DNA from: an uncultured bacterium
GTDB taxonomy: Bacteria; Margulisbacteria; WOR-1; O2-12-FULL-45-9
DNA: 64,000 bases
Direction of reading: 5' to 3'
Assembly (NCBI GenBank): GCA_964568455.1
Contig: CAZMPJ010000007.1
Location: forward strand, 9,393-73,392
Shown here: in pieces, positions 1 to 8,476 of the stretch
Layout: each line of letters opens with the position of its first letter
Position numbering within the stretch: the stretch's first letter is position 1
Made by a program: the position numbers and the translations under genes
Notes under the pieces: model-generated
Database searches by the model: none
Told to the model about the DNA's origin: nothing
Seen by the model: the letters and a program-made list of their open reading frames with translations, nothing else

Positions 1-320
1 AGCGTGAGTTTGTCAGAAGAGCGGGCTTTGTCTTAATTGCGGCAGCAGCTGTCCATCTTAAAAATTGGAAAGATGAAGATTTTATAGAGTATTTTCCTTT
101 GTTAAAAAAATATGCTACAGATGAGAGGAATTATGTTAAGAAGGCGATTAATTGGGCTTTGAGGCAGATTGGGAAGCGAAATTTAAAATTAAACGAAGAA
201 GCTTTGGCTCTGGCTCAACGAATTGGGAAAATAGATTTACAATCAGCTAAATGGATTGCTAAAGATGCGATCAGAGAGCTGAATCATCCTAAAGTTTTAA
301 AAAGGATTACAAAAAAATGA
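1..320 (+). CDS. DNA alkylation repair enzyme (AlkD/AlkC-like HEAT-repeat glycosylase), C-terminal part; the 5-prime end lies upstream of the window
   Basis: The frame is open from position 3 and translates to REFVRRAGFVLIAAAAVHLKNWKDEDF, then continues into the 99..320 ORF (ATDERNYVKKAINWALRQIGKRN). This conserved C-terminal motif is typical of the DNA alkylation repair protein family. Confidence 0.55.
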   Translation, partial: REFVRRAGFVLIAAAAVHLKNWKDEDFIEYFPLLKKYATDERNYVKKAINWALRQIGKRNLKLNEEALALAQRIGKIDLQSAKWIAKDAIRELNHPKVLKRITKK

Positions 321-1219
321 AAGAATTAATTATTATTGGTGGAGGGCCGGCTGGAATCACGGCTGCGGTTTATGCGGCCAGGAAGCGAATGGATTTTTGC
401 GTGATTACCAAAGATGTTGGAGGGCAAGCTGCCTTGTCGGGTGATATTGAAAATTATACTGGATTCCAGTTTATTACTGGTCCGGATTTAGCCCAAAAAT
501 TTAGAGAGCATTTGGAAAAGTATAAGTTTGAGCTTCAAGAAGGGGACGAGGTTAAAAAGGTTAAAAAAACCGATTTAGGATTTAAAGTTAAAACTACTTC
601 CGGAAAAGAGCTGGAAGCAAAAACTCTGATTGTGGCTTCTGGTAAAATCCCCCGCTTGTTAAACGCTAAGGGTGAGAAAGAGTTTAAAAATAAAGGCGTA
701 ACTTATTGCGCAACTTGTGATGGTCCTTTGTTTGCTAAAAAAGATGTGGCAGTAATCGGTGGGGGCAATTCTGCTTTGGATGCAGCGTTGCAAATGACTA
801 AAATTGCTAATAAAGTTTATGTGATTAATATTAATCAGGATTTTAGTGGTGACCAGGTCTTAAAAGATAAGGTTTTAGCGGCTAAAAATGTTGAAGTGTT
901 AAATAAAGCTAAAACGACTGAGTTTTTTGGGGATAAATTTCTAAAAGGCTTAAAAGTTGAGATTGCTGGAAAAGAAAAAACTATTAATGTTGAAGGGGTT
1001 TTTGTGGAAGTAGGCATGGTGCCTAATGCTTATTTTATTGATTTTGTGAAAAAAAACAAACGCGGTGAAATTATAATCAATTGCGCAGCACAAACTTCAA
1101 TTCCCGGCATCTTTGCTGCGGGAGACGTGACTGATGTGCCAGATAAGCAGATTGTAATTGCGGCTGGCGATGGTTCCAAAGCTGCGTTGGCTGCTTTCAA
1201 ATATTTATCAGTGCATTAA
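317..1219 (+). CDS. trxB: thioredoxin-disulfide reductase
   Basis: N-terminal FAD motif GGGPAGITAAVYAARK, redox-active CATCDG motif, NAD(P) motif GGGNSALD. The 300-aa length fits TrxB. Confidence 0.85.
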   Translation: MKELIIIGGGPAGITAAVYAARKRMDFCVITKDVGGQAALSGDIENYTGFQFITGPDLAQKFREHLEKYKFELQEGDEVKKVKKTDLGFKVKTTSGKELEAKTLIVASGKIPRLLNAKGEKEFKNKGVTYCATCDGPLFAKKDVAVIGGGNSALDAALQMTKIANKVYVININQDFSGDQVLKDKVLAAKNVEVLNKAKTTEFFGDKFLKGLKVEIAGKEKTINVEGVFVEVGMVPNAYFIDFVKKNKRGEIIINCAAQTSIPGIFAAGDVTDVPDKQIVIAAGDGSKAALAAFKYLSVH

Positions 1220-1229
1220 GATGCAATAA

Positions 1230-1760
1230 TTAGCCTTCTATGATCCAGCGTTCTTCTTTTTTAAACCAATCACCGGGATTATTTAAGTATTGCAGGGTAT
1301 CATCTAATATTTCATAGTGTTCTTGTTCTTCTTTGGCCAAGGCGGCAAAAAATTTCTTAGCGGTTTCATCCTGACTTTCTTTGGAAATGCGGTCATAAAG
1401 ATTGTAGCTATCTGTTTCCAGTCCTTCAGCAATTTTATAGGCCTCATTAATATCTTGTTCTGTTTTAAATTTTTTATCCAAGCTGGCCTTTAGCTTTAAT
1501 AGGATAGGTTTTAGTAGTTCTTCTTTTTTGGGTGATACTTCAACCCCTTTAAGCCAATCGCTTGGCAGTTTTTTATCCCCGGTTAATTGTTGGTGAAACT
1601 CTTTAATTTTTTCAATATGAATCAATTCTCTGTCTGCTAAGCTTTGTAGGGTGGAGGCGGCGAGGGGATTATTAGTCTTAAGCGTGGTTTGAGTGTAAAA
1701 GTCATAGCCTTTTTTTTCGAGTTCAATTGCAAGCTTTGTGTCGGCGATTAAATCCATCAT
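1230..1760 (-). CDS. ferritin-like diiron (rubrerythrin-family) domain protein
   Basis: 176 aa with paired E..EEQEHY-type helices (ELIHIEKIKEFH, EEQEHYEIL) typical of ferritin-like/rubrerythrin diiron domains. A GGAGG RBS precedes the start. Confidence 0.5.
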   Translation of the reverse strand: MMDLIADTKLAIELEKKGYDFYTQTTLKTNNPLAASTLQSLADRELIHIEKIKEFHQQLTGDKKLPSDWLKGVEVSPKKEELLKPILLKLKASLDKKFKTEQDINEAYKIAEGLETDSYNLYDRISKESQDETAKKFFAALAKEEQEHYEILDDTLQYLNNPGDWFKKEERWIIEG

Positions 1761-1860
1761 TATAGTTGTCCCTCCTTGCCATTATTTTTTATATCATATA
1801 TCATAACAAACATATAGAACTTGGCAAGCTTATTTATGGTATAAAAAGGAGGAAATAGAA

Positions 1861-2235
1861 ATGGCTAAATATTTAGGGGTTTATAAGTGTGAGATTTGCG
1901 GAAATATCGTAGAAGTGGTTCATGCTGGAGATGGAGAGTTGGTTTGCTGTGGACAGCCAATGAAATTAATGGTTGAAAATACAGTTGATGCGGCTAAAGA
2001 AAAACATATTCCAGTAATTGAAAAAACTGAGTGTGGAATTAAAGTTAAGGTTGGTTCTGTGGCCCATCCCATGGAAGCAAAACATTATATTGAATGGATT
2101 GAGGTTATTTCTGATGGTAAAGCTTATCGCGCTTTTTTAAAACCAGGAGATAAGCCAGAAGCTGAGTTTTGTGTGCCAAGTGAAAATGTAATAGTAAGAG
2201 CCTATTGTAATTTGCATGGGCTTTGGAAAGCGTAA
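1861..2235 (+). CDS. dfx: desulfoferrodoxin (2Fe superoxide reductase)
   Basis: N-terminal desulforedoxin motif CEICGN...CCGQPM followed by a neelaredoxin-type domain (HIPVIE...[13 protein letters not shown]...C..H). 124 aa. AGGAGG RBS. Confidence 0.9.
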   Translation: MAKYLGVYKCEICGNIVEVVHAGDGELVCCGQPMKLMVENTVDAAKEKHIPVIEKTECGIKVKVGSVAHPMEAKHYIEWIEVISDGKAYRAFLKPGDKPEAEFCVPSENVIVRAYCNLHGLWKA

Positions 2236-2242
2236 ATAAAAA

Positions 2243-2752
2243 ATGCAGCTGGAAACTTTACATAAAGTTAGCTATGGGTTATATATTATAGCCGCGGTTA
2301 AAGAAGGGAAATTTAACGGCCAAATTGCTAACACGGTAATGCAGATTACTTCTGATCCGCCAACTGTTGCAATAAGCATTAATAAGCAAAATCTAACCCA
2401 TGAATATATTGAAAGCAGCAAGGGTTTTGCTGTTTCCATACTTGAAAAAGGTACGCCCATGACATTTATTGGTACTTTTGGTTTTAAATCTGGAAAAAAC
2501 ATAGATAAATTTAAAGATGTAAAGGTTAAAACAGCAAAAACAAAAGCGCCGATTGTGCTTGATTACAGTTTGGGTTACCTTGAATGTGAAGTAGTTGGCC
2601 AGCTAGATTGCGGCACCCATACTATATTTTTGGGAAAAGTTATTGGTGCGGAAATATTGAATTCTGCAGAGCCAATGACTTATGCTTATTATCATGATGT
2701 AAAACGCGGTAAGGCTCCGCCAACCGCGCCTACATATATTAAGGGGGAATAA
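2243..2752 (+). CDS. flavin reductase-like FMN-binding domain protein (candidate rubredoxin/FDP-associated reductase)
   Basis: 169 aa with the core motifs of the flavin reductase-like domain family (SVNS/ISINK...[11 protein letters not shown]...[10 protein letters not shown]). Sits between dfx and rubredoxin. Confidence 0.65.
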   Translation: MQLETLHKVSYGLYIIAAVKEGKFNGQIANTVMQITSDPPTVAISINKQNLTHEYIESSKGFAVSILEKGTPMTFIGTFGFKSGKNIDKFKDVKVKTAKTKAPIVLDYSLGYLECEVVGQLDCGTHTIFLGKVIGAEILNSAEPMTYAYYHDVKRGKAPPTAPTYIKGE

Positions 2753-2754
2753 TT

Positions 2755-2919
2755 ATGGAAGAATATGTTTGCAAGGTTTGTGGTTATATCTATGATCCTA
2801 AAAAAGGCGATCCGGATAATGGGATAAAAGCAGGAACGGCTTTTGTTGATGTGCCAGAAGATTGGGTTTGTCCGATTTGCGGAGCAGATAAAAGCCAATT
2901 TGAAAAGAAAGGGGTTTAA
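2755..2919 (+). CDS. rd: rubredoxin
   Basis: Not in the supplied ORF track (below 60 aa). ATG at 2755 with GGGGG RBS. Translation [54 protein letters not shown] carries both CxxCG rubredoxin knuckles and the conserved YIYDP and DVPEDW motifs. Confidence 0.9.
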   Translation: MEEYVCKVCGYIYDPKKGDPDNGIKAGTAFVDVPEDWVCPICGADKSQFEKKGV

Positions 2920-2922
2920 AAT

Positions 2923-4113
2923 TTGAAAGTCGAGGAACTGAAAAAAGATATTTATTATGTTGGGGCACTGGATGGAGGCAGAAAGCTTTTTGATGCGCTG
3001 ATTCCTCTTCCAGACGGGACTAGTTACAATTCTTATTTGATCAAAGGCAGTGAGAAAACTGTTTTAATTGACACGGTTGATCCGGCTAAAGAAAATGTGT
3101 TAATTAAAAATTTAAAAAAGCTTAAAATTGATAAGCTGGACTATATTATTTCCCAGCATTGCGAGCAGGATCATTCTGGCACTATTCCTACTATATTAAA
3201 ATTGTATAAAGATGCCAAAGTGATTACCAATGCCAAGAACAAAGAACTGCTCAAAGAACATTTGTTGATTTCTGAAGACAAGATTGTTGAAATTCAGGAT
3301 GGAGAAGAGCTTTCTTTGGGCAATAAAACCTTAAAATTTATCTTTACTCCTTGGGTGCATTGGCCAGAGACAATGTGTACTTATTTAAAAGAAGACAAAA
3401 TATTGTTTTCTTGCGATTTTTTTGGTTCACACATTGCTTTTACCGATCTTTTTGTAAAAGATAAAAAACATGTTTATGTTGCGGCGAAGAGATATTATGC
3501 GGAAATCATGATGCCTTTTCGTACGGTAATTAAAAGCAACCTTAAAAAAGTTGAAGCTTTGGAGATTGATCTGATTGCTCCTAGTCATGGTTCATTACAT
3601 AATGAGCCTTCTTTTATTATGGATGCTTATCGAGATTGGACTAGTGATAAGGTAAAAAATGAAGTCGTGATCCCTTATGTTTCTATGCATGGTAGCGTGG
3701 CTAAGATGGTTGAGTATCTGGTTAAAGCTTTAGAAGAGAAGGGGATTGTTGTTAAAGCTTTTAATTTAGCTCAGATGGATTTAGGGGAGCTAGCCATGGC
3801 GTTGGTTGATGCGGCTACGGTAGTTATTGCTACGCCAACGGTTTTGGTTCGTCCGCATCCTTTAGCCGTATATGCAGCTTATTTAACCAATGCTTTAAGA
3901 CCTAAAACCAGGTTTGCTTCTATTGTGGGGTCGTATGGGTGGGGTGGTAAGATGCCGGAAGAGATTAAAGGTTTAATTTCAAATTTAAAGGTCGAATTGA
4001 TTGAGCCGGTGATTGCCAAAGGTTATCCCAAAGAAGCTGATTTTAAAGCTTTGGACGAGTTAGCGGAAAAAATAAAAAACAAACACAAAGAGGGGGAAAT
4101 AAATAATGGGTAA
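2923..4113 (+). CDS. fprA: flavodiiron protein (rubredoxin:oxygen/NO oxidoreductase, FprA/ROO type)
   Basis: TTG start. N-terminal metallo-beta-lactamase-like diiron domain (HCEQDHSG) plus C-terminal flavodoxin-like domain. 396 aa. Confidence 0.85.
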   Translation: MKVEELKKDIYYVGALDGGRKLFDALIPLPDGTSYNSYLIKGSEKTVLIDTVDPAKENVLIKNLKKLKIDKLDYIISQHCEQDHSGTIPTILKLYKDAKVITNAKNKELLKEHLLISEDKIVEIQDGEELSLGNKTLKFIFTPWVHWPETMCTYLKEDKILFSCDFFGSHIAFTDLFVKDKKHVYVAAKRYYAEIMMPFRTVIKSNLKKVEALEIDLIAPSHGSLHNEPSFIMDAYRDWTSDKVKNEVVIPYVSMHGSVAKMVEYLVKALEEKGIVVKAFNLAQMDLGELAMALVDAATVVIATPTVLVRPHPLAVYAAYLTNALRPKTRFASIVGSYGWGGKMPEEIKGLISNLKVELIEPVIAKGYPKEADFKALDELAEKIKNKHKEGEINNG

Positions 4114-4684
4114 AAGTGTAAAAGGGACACAAACGGAGAAGAACTTATTAAAGGCGTTTGCAGGGGAGTCGCAAGCAAGGAATAGGTATACTTATTTTGC
4201 TTCGGTGGCTAAAAAAGCAGGATATGAGCAGGTTGCAGCTATATTTTTAGAAACTGCTGAAAACGAAAAAGAACACGCTAAAAGGTTTTTTAAATATTTA
4301 GAAGGTGGGGCAGTTGAAATTGTTGCAGCTTATCCAGCTGGAACCATTAGTTCAACTGAAGAAAATTTAAAGGCCTCGGCTGATGGAGAAAATGAAGAAT
4401 GGACCAAGCTTTATGCTGATTTTGAAAAAGTTGCGCGGGATGAGGGGTTAGAAGAGATTGCTGTCCAATTTAAGGAAATTGCCGAAGTAGAAGAGGAGCA
4501 TGAGAAAAGATATCGAAAATTATTAAAAAATATTAAAGAGAAGAAAGTTTTTAAACGAGATGAAAAAGTAAAATGGCATTGTAGAAATTGTGGTTATGTA
4601 CATGAGGGAACAGAAGCTCCCAAAATGTGTCCAGCTTGCAAACATCCGCAAGCTTATTATGAAATATTAGCAGAGAATTATTAA
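4106..4684 (+). CDS. rbr: rubrerythrin
   Basis: Ferritin-like diiron domain (ENEKEHAKRF, EEEHEKRY) plus a C-terminal rubredoxin-like CRNCGY...CPAC domain. 192 aa. Confidence 0.9.
   Translation: MGKSVKGTQTEKNLLKAFAGESQARNRYTYFASVAKKAGYEQVAAIFLETAENEKEHAKRFFKYLEGGAVEIVAAYPAGTISSTEENLKASADGENEEWTKLYADFEKVARDEGLEEIAVQFKEIAEVEEEHEKRYRKLLKNIKEKKVFKRDEKVKWHCRNCGYVHEGTEAPKMCPACKHPQAYYEILAENY
4638..4683 (+). repeat. left copy of a 46-bp imperfect direct repeat (3-prime end of rbr); the partner copy is at 6929..6974
   Basis: gcaaacatccgcaagcttattatgaaatattagcagagaattatta here versus gcaaacattcgcaggctcattatgaaatattagcagagaattatta at 6929..6974 (43 of 46 identical). Weaker similarity extends about 8 nt further upstream. 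Confidence 0.85.
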
Positions 4685-4757
4685 TAATTAAACGCAAGTT
4701 TTTGCCTCTTTAATACGATAAATTATATAGAGTCTTTGAGCTATGGAATAGCCTAAT

Positions 4758-6848
4758 ATGAGTTTGCAAGTAAACCAAGTAATTGCCAATAGAGCGCCTA
4801 ATAAACCAGAGAAAAGATCAGCTGGTCGCGCTGAATTAGTTCCTAAGCAAAAAACTGATACTGTACAGTTGAGCAATAATACAACTGTTATTGAAAGCAA
4901 GTTTGGCCCCTTATCTCTCCAAGAAAAATCTTTTGTCGGTCAATTTGAAAGTGGTTTGGTTTATGATTTTACCCAAAAAGTAAAATCAAAAAAAGAATTA
5001 CTTTGCCGACTTAAGGCTCTTCAGCCATTGTTGGCAAAAATTAATAAAAGAAAAAAAGATTTTGATAAGCATATACTTTATGACTTATACGGTAATGAGG
5101 CTTTATGGAAAATATCCGCATTAACTCCAGAAAAAATTAGTCAGTGGCAAGGTTCTGTGTGGATAGATAGTATTTTGTCTGGAAATGCAATTATGCTTTT
5201 GAAAATCCAAAAAAAATATGATAACAACATAAATCTGGCCGATTCTAAACTTATATCTGATCTCGACCAAAAACTGCCTTTTAATGTTTTGTTGTTTTTT
5301 GTTGAGCACTCCGAGACTTATGACGAGCTTATGGGTAATTTGCAAAAATTATCAAATTTATATAATAAAGAGAAGCTGTTTTTTGAGCAAGCAAAGAAAA
5401 GGTGTGTGGATTATTTTGGCAAAGTGGTTGAATATGTGTCTTCCCCTCTGGAATTTTTGAGTGAGATAGGTAAATTAACAAAATTTTCCAAAGACAATAA
5501 ACCCTTGATTGCGAATTTAACTAAGAAAAAAATAGATCTGGGTTATTTTTGGGAAAAATCAAAAACAGTTGGCGAGTTTCGTAGGCGACTGTTAAGTCTC
5601 AATAGTTTTTTGGATTTAGTTCGTTTGAAAGAAGAATCTAAAATAAAGGGTTTATGGGTCAATTCGTCTTCAGATTATGTTGGTTTGGACAGGAACCCAT
5701 TTGATATTCTTTTGTGTGCTCCTAATGTTTTAGGTGCCGAAAAGCTTTTGGGAATTTCTGGTTTAGGGGAAAAGGCTCAATCAGTTTATTTAGATGCTGT
5801 TTCTGATGCTGGTAAAACTTATGCAAAAATCATGAAGCAATCTTTGCGCAATATTAGCAACAATGATTTTAAGAAAATAATGATATTGCCTGGAATGAGA
5901 GTAATTGTGACTGAGGATATAGCTCCTTTATTAAATAATCCTTGTTACTTAAATTATCTAAGGAAAAAATATCCAAACCTTGGTTTGAAAAAAGCTTTTT
6001 CAATGACAATTGCGTTTAAGCGCAACTTAAAGGCTATGGGTGTCGCAGACGAAGAAGTTTTGGGATTAAACGAAGAAAAAATAGATTTATGTTTTTCTGA
6101 AATGATGGCGGCTAATAATTATGTTTTTGGTCTTGATATGGTAGGTTCAGGTATTAATGTGATGGTTATTACGGCTGACCCGGAAAATAATGGTATTGGT
6201 GATTGGCACTTTGATGAGATTGTAAATTATGCGAAAAAATATGGTTCAAATATTGTTTTCGCCAAAAAAGGAGCTGGTCCGGACAAAACTAAGTTTTTAG
6301 AAACAGTAAGGATGGCTAAGGGACCCACTAGAATTTTCATTCTGGGGCATGGTAGTGGAAGTGCGATTACGTGTGGTAAAGGAGAAGATATTTCTTATCA
6401 GGAATTAATGGCTGCAGTATCGCAAAATGAGAATCCACAAAATATTATAATTGTAACAGATTGTTGTAATGCGTATGAATTTTATACTAATTTTGAGGGA
6501 AATTACCCTCAAGATATCCTTATGCCGATTGTAATTGGTTTAGGCGGAAATAAGGGGATGCTTTCTTATGAGTTTGGAAGGAGTTATAACTTCAAAGGGA
6601 GTAAGGTAGGGGATTTTTACGCTTTTTTTGAAAAAGACTTTTTTAAAGCGGTAATGTGTGAAAAAGGGGCAAATTTAGACGCTTTTATTCGTCTTGATTG
6701 GCGTTATATTTATAAAAAAATTGACTTGATAGATTTGTTCGAGACACTTAGGCATCCTCAAAAAAAACAGCAGAAAAATGAAAAGGATGTTCGCGATATT
6801 CGTATGGAAGTTAAGAAAACATCTTCTTTTATGTCTCCCCTTGTTTAA
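4758..6848 (+). CDS. large hypothetical protein (696 aa) with a C-terminal clan-CD caspase/legumain-like cysteine peptidase-like domain; N-terminal 450 aa unrecognised
   Basis: A long ORF, intact across a region that is partly very AT-rich. The C-terminal region NVMVITAD...RIFILGHGSGS...(38 aa)...IIIVTDCCNAYEF has the strand-His-Gly ... strand-Asp-Cys arrangement and His-to-Cys spacing of clan CD peptidases. No signal peptide or TM segment. The N-terminal roughly 50 aa are polar and look disordered. Confidence 0.5.
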   Translation: MSLQVNQVIANRAPNKPEKRSAGRAELVPKQKTDTVQLSNNTTVIESKFGPLSLQEKSFVGQFESGLVYDFTQKVKSKKELLCRLKALQPLLAKINKRKKDFDKHILYDLYGNEALWKISALTPEKISQWQGSVWIDSILSGNAIMLLKIQKKYDNNINLADSKLISDLDQKLPFNVLLFFVEHSETYDELMGNLQKLSNLYNKEKLFFEQAKKRCVDYFGKVVEYVSSPLEFLSEIGKLTKFSKDNKPLIANLTKKKIDLGYFWEKSKTVGEFRRRLLSLNSFLDLVRLKEESKIKGLWVNSSSDYVGLDRNPFDILLCAPNVLGAEKLLGISGLGEKAQSVYLDAVSDAGKTYAKIMKQSLRNISNNDFKKIMILPGMRVIVTEDIAPLLNNPCYLNYLRKKYPNLGLKKAFSMTIAFKRNLKAMGVADEEVLGLNEEKIDLCFSEMMAANNYVFGLDMVGSGINVMVITADPENNGIGDWHFDEIVNYAKKYGSNIVFAKKGAGPDKTKFLETVRMAKGPTRIFILGHGSGSAITCGKGEDISYQELMAAVSQNENPQNIIIVTDCCNAYEFYTNFEGNYPQDILMPIVIGLGGNKGMLSYEFGRSYNFKGSKVGDFYAFFEKDFFKAVMCEKGANLDAFIRLDWRYIYKKIDLIDLFETLRHPQKKQQKNEKDVRDIRMEVKKTSSFMSPLV

Positions 6849-6928
6849 CCTGTGATATAATTCAAACAATTAAGATTTTTTTTGGGGGGGGGTATGGATA
6901 ACTCGATCTTTAGTAACGTGCTCAGACC

Positions 6929-6974
6929 GCAAACATTCGCAGGCTCATTATGAAATATTAGCAGAGAATTATTA
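6929..6974 (+). repeat. right copy of the 46-bp direct repeat; a decayed, non-coding remnant of the rbr 3-prime end (reads ...AHYEILAENY*)
   Basis: See the left copy at 4638..4683. The 2291-bp unit between the copies holds only the 4758..6848 ORF. Confidence 0.85.
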
Positions 6975-6991
6975 GTTAAGGGGTTTAGATA

Positions 6992-7408
6992 ATGGCATTT
7001 TTCTTTGCTTTGGTGACGGCTTTATTGTGGGGTATAGCTCCCGTGTTAGAAAAAGCGGGGTTGCGAGGTAATATTGACCCCTTAGTTGCTGTGGTCATTC
7101 GTAGTTTAACAATTTCTTTTGTGGGTCTTCTAACTATGTTGATGCTTAACCGTTTGCCGCAGTTTTCACAAATTTCAATTAAGAATGTAATGCTTATTTT
7201 GCTTGGTGGTTTAATTGCTGGTTTTTTTGCTCAATGGACTTATTATCATGCTTTAAAAATGGGGCAGGCCTCAACTGTTGTTCCAGTAGCAGCAATTTAT
7301 CCTCTAGTTGCCTTGTTTTTATCAGTGCTTTTTCTTGGTGAGTCAATTACTTGGCTAAGATTGGTTGGCGTTGTTTTAGTGGTTGCGGGTGTAATTTTAA
7401 TTAGATAG
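6992..7408 (+). CDS. EamA-like (DMT superfamily) small membrane transporter, 4 TMS
   Basis: 138 aa, four hydrophobic helices, WGIAPVLEKAG and ALFLGE motifs typical of EamA half-transporters. Confidence 0.55.
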   Translation: MAFFFALVTALLWGIAPVLEKAGLRGNIDPLVAVVIRSLTISFVGLLTMLMLNRLPQFSQISIKNVMLILLGGLIAGFFAQWTYYHALKMGQASTVVPVAAIYPLVALFLSVLFLGESITWLRLVGVVLVVAGVILIR

Positions 7409-7418
7409 GGAGTAAGTC

Positions 7419-8462
7419 ATGGCGAAAGATTCTGTTTGTGATGCTTGTGGGGCAAAATCAAAAAGTAAATGGTGGAAAAACAAACTATTTCTAATCTTTT
7501 GTCTTTATGTATTGGTTTTTATTGGAGTAAGATATGTAAATTTTTTAAAACCATTACAAGAATCTCTATTTATGTATTTAGGAACCATTGCGGTGCCAAT
7601 CTTGCTTGGTTTATTTATTGGTGGGGTTATTGATTGGCTTATTCCGGGTGAATATATTTCTGCTTTATTGGCGCCCAAAAGAAAGAGAACCATTATCTAT
7701 TCAGTTATAACTGGTTTTTTTATGTCAGCTTGTAGTCATGGGATTTTGGCTTTGGCAATACAGCTGCATAAAAAAGGAGCTTCTCCTCCAGCGGTAGTAG
7801 CTTTTCTTCTTTCTAGTCCTTGGGCTAATCTGCCTCTCACTATATTAATGTTTGGTTTCTTTGGTGTTAGGGCTTTGTTTATCATTATATCTGCGGTGAT
7901 AATCGCCATAATTACTGGTTATATTTATATGTTTTTAGAAAGCAGGAATTGGATAGAAAAAAACCCTAATACAATTAAATTAGATAGTGATTTTTCTGTA
8001 ATAGATGATGCCAAAGTGAGATTGAAAAAAGTAAAAATATCTTTTACTAATAGCTTAAATGCTATAAAAGCTATTTGGAGTGGAAGTGTATCATTAGCCA
8101 ATATGGTTCTTTGGTGGATAATGTTTGGTGTGTTTTTAGCTAGTTTGGCTGCTGCATATTTGCCTGCAGATTTTATGCATCAATATATGGGGGCAACAAT
8201 TTTAGGTTTATTGATTACGCTTTTAATTGCCACGGTTATTGAGATTTGTTCAGAGGGTAGCGCGCCTTTAGCTTTTGAAATTTATCGCCAGACAGGCGCG
8301 CTAGGAAATTCTTTTACTTTTTTAATGGCTGGAGTGGTGACTGATTATACGGAAATAGGGCTTATCTGGCAAAACATTGGCTGGCGCACCGCAGTTTGGC
8401 TCCCGATTATAACTGTTCCCCAAGTTATTATTTTGGCGATTTTAGCTAATATGTTTTTATAA
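7419..8462 (+). CDS. predicted permease, DUF318/COG0701 (ArsP-like) family
   Basis: 347 aa polytopic membrane protein with an N-terminal CDACG stretch, GGVIDWLIPGE and MSACSHG motifs reminiscent of the ArsP/DUF318 permease family. Confidence 0.45.
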   Translation: MAKDSVCDACGAKSKSKWWKNKLFLIFCLYVLVFIGVRYVNFLKPLQESLFMYLGTIAVPILLGLFIGGVIDWLIPGEYISALLAPKRKRTIIYSVITGFFMSACSHGILALAIQLHKKGASPPAVVAFLLSSPWANLPLTILMFGFFGVRALFIIISAVIIAIITGYIYMFLESRNWIEKNPNTIKLDSDFSVIDDAKVRLKKVKISFTNSLNAIKAIWSGSVSLANMVLWWIMFGVFLASLAAAYLPADFMHQYMGATILGLLITLLIATVIEICSEGSAPLAFEIYRQTGALGNSFTFLMAGVVTDYTEIGLIWQNIGWRTAVWLPIITVPQVIILAILANMFL

Positions 8463-8476
8463 GGAGGTGGAAAGAT

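Noticed and set aside
99-320. ORF-track entry treated as a separate 73-aa gene
   Set aside because: The frame is open from the window edge at position 3 and encodes a continuous AlkD-like C-terminus. It is the tail of a gene starting upstream, not an independent gene with an ATG at 99.
835-1017. 60-aa antisense ORF inside trxB
   Set aside because: It is embedded in a well-supported gene on the opposite strand and has no RBS or recognisable features. The same reasoning applies to 2272..2502, 2692..2898, 5121..5345, 8983..9237, 11295..11588, 12682..12972, 14474..14767, 15524..15796, 16506..16751, 21745..22152, 22635..22835, 23738..24028, 27090..27368, 29883..30083, 32122..32373, 42011..42277, 47826..48116, 48192..48512, 50324..50635, 56532..56732, 57619..57834, 58301..58603 and 59793..59981.
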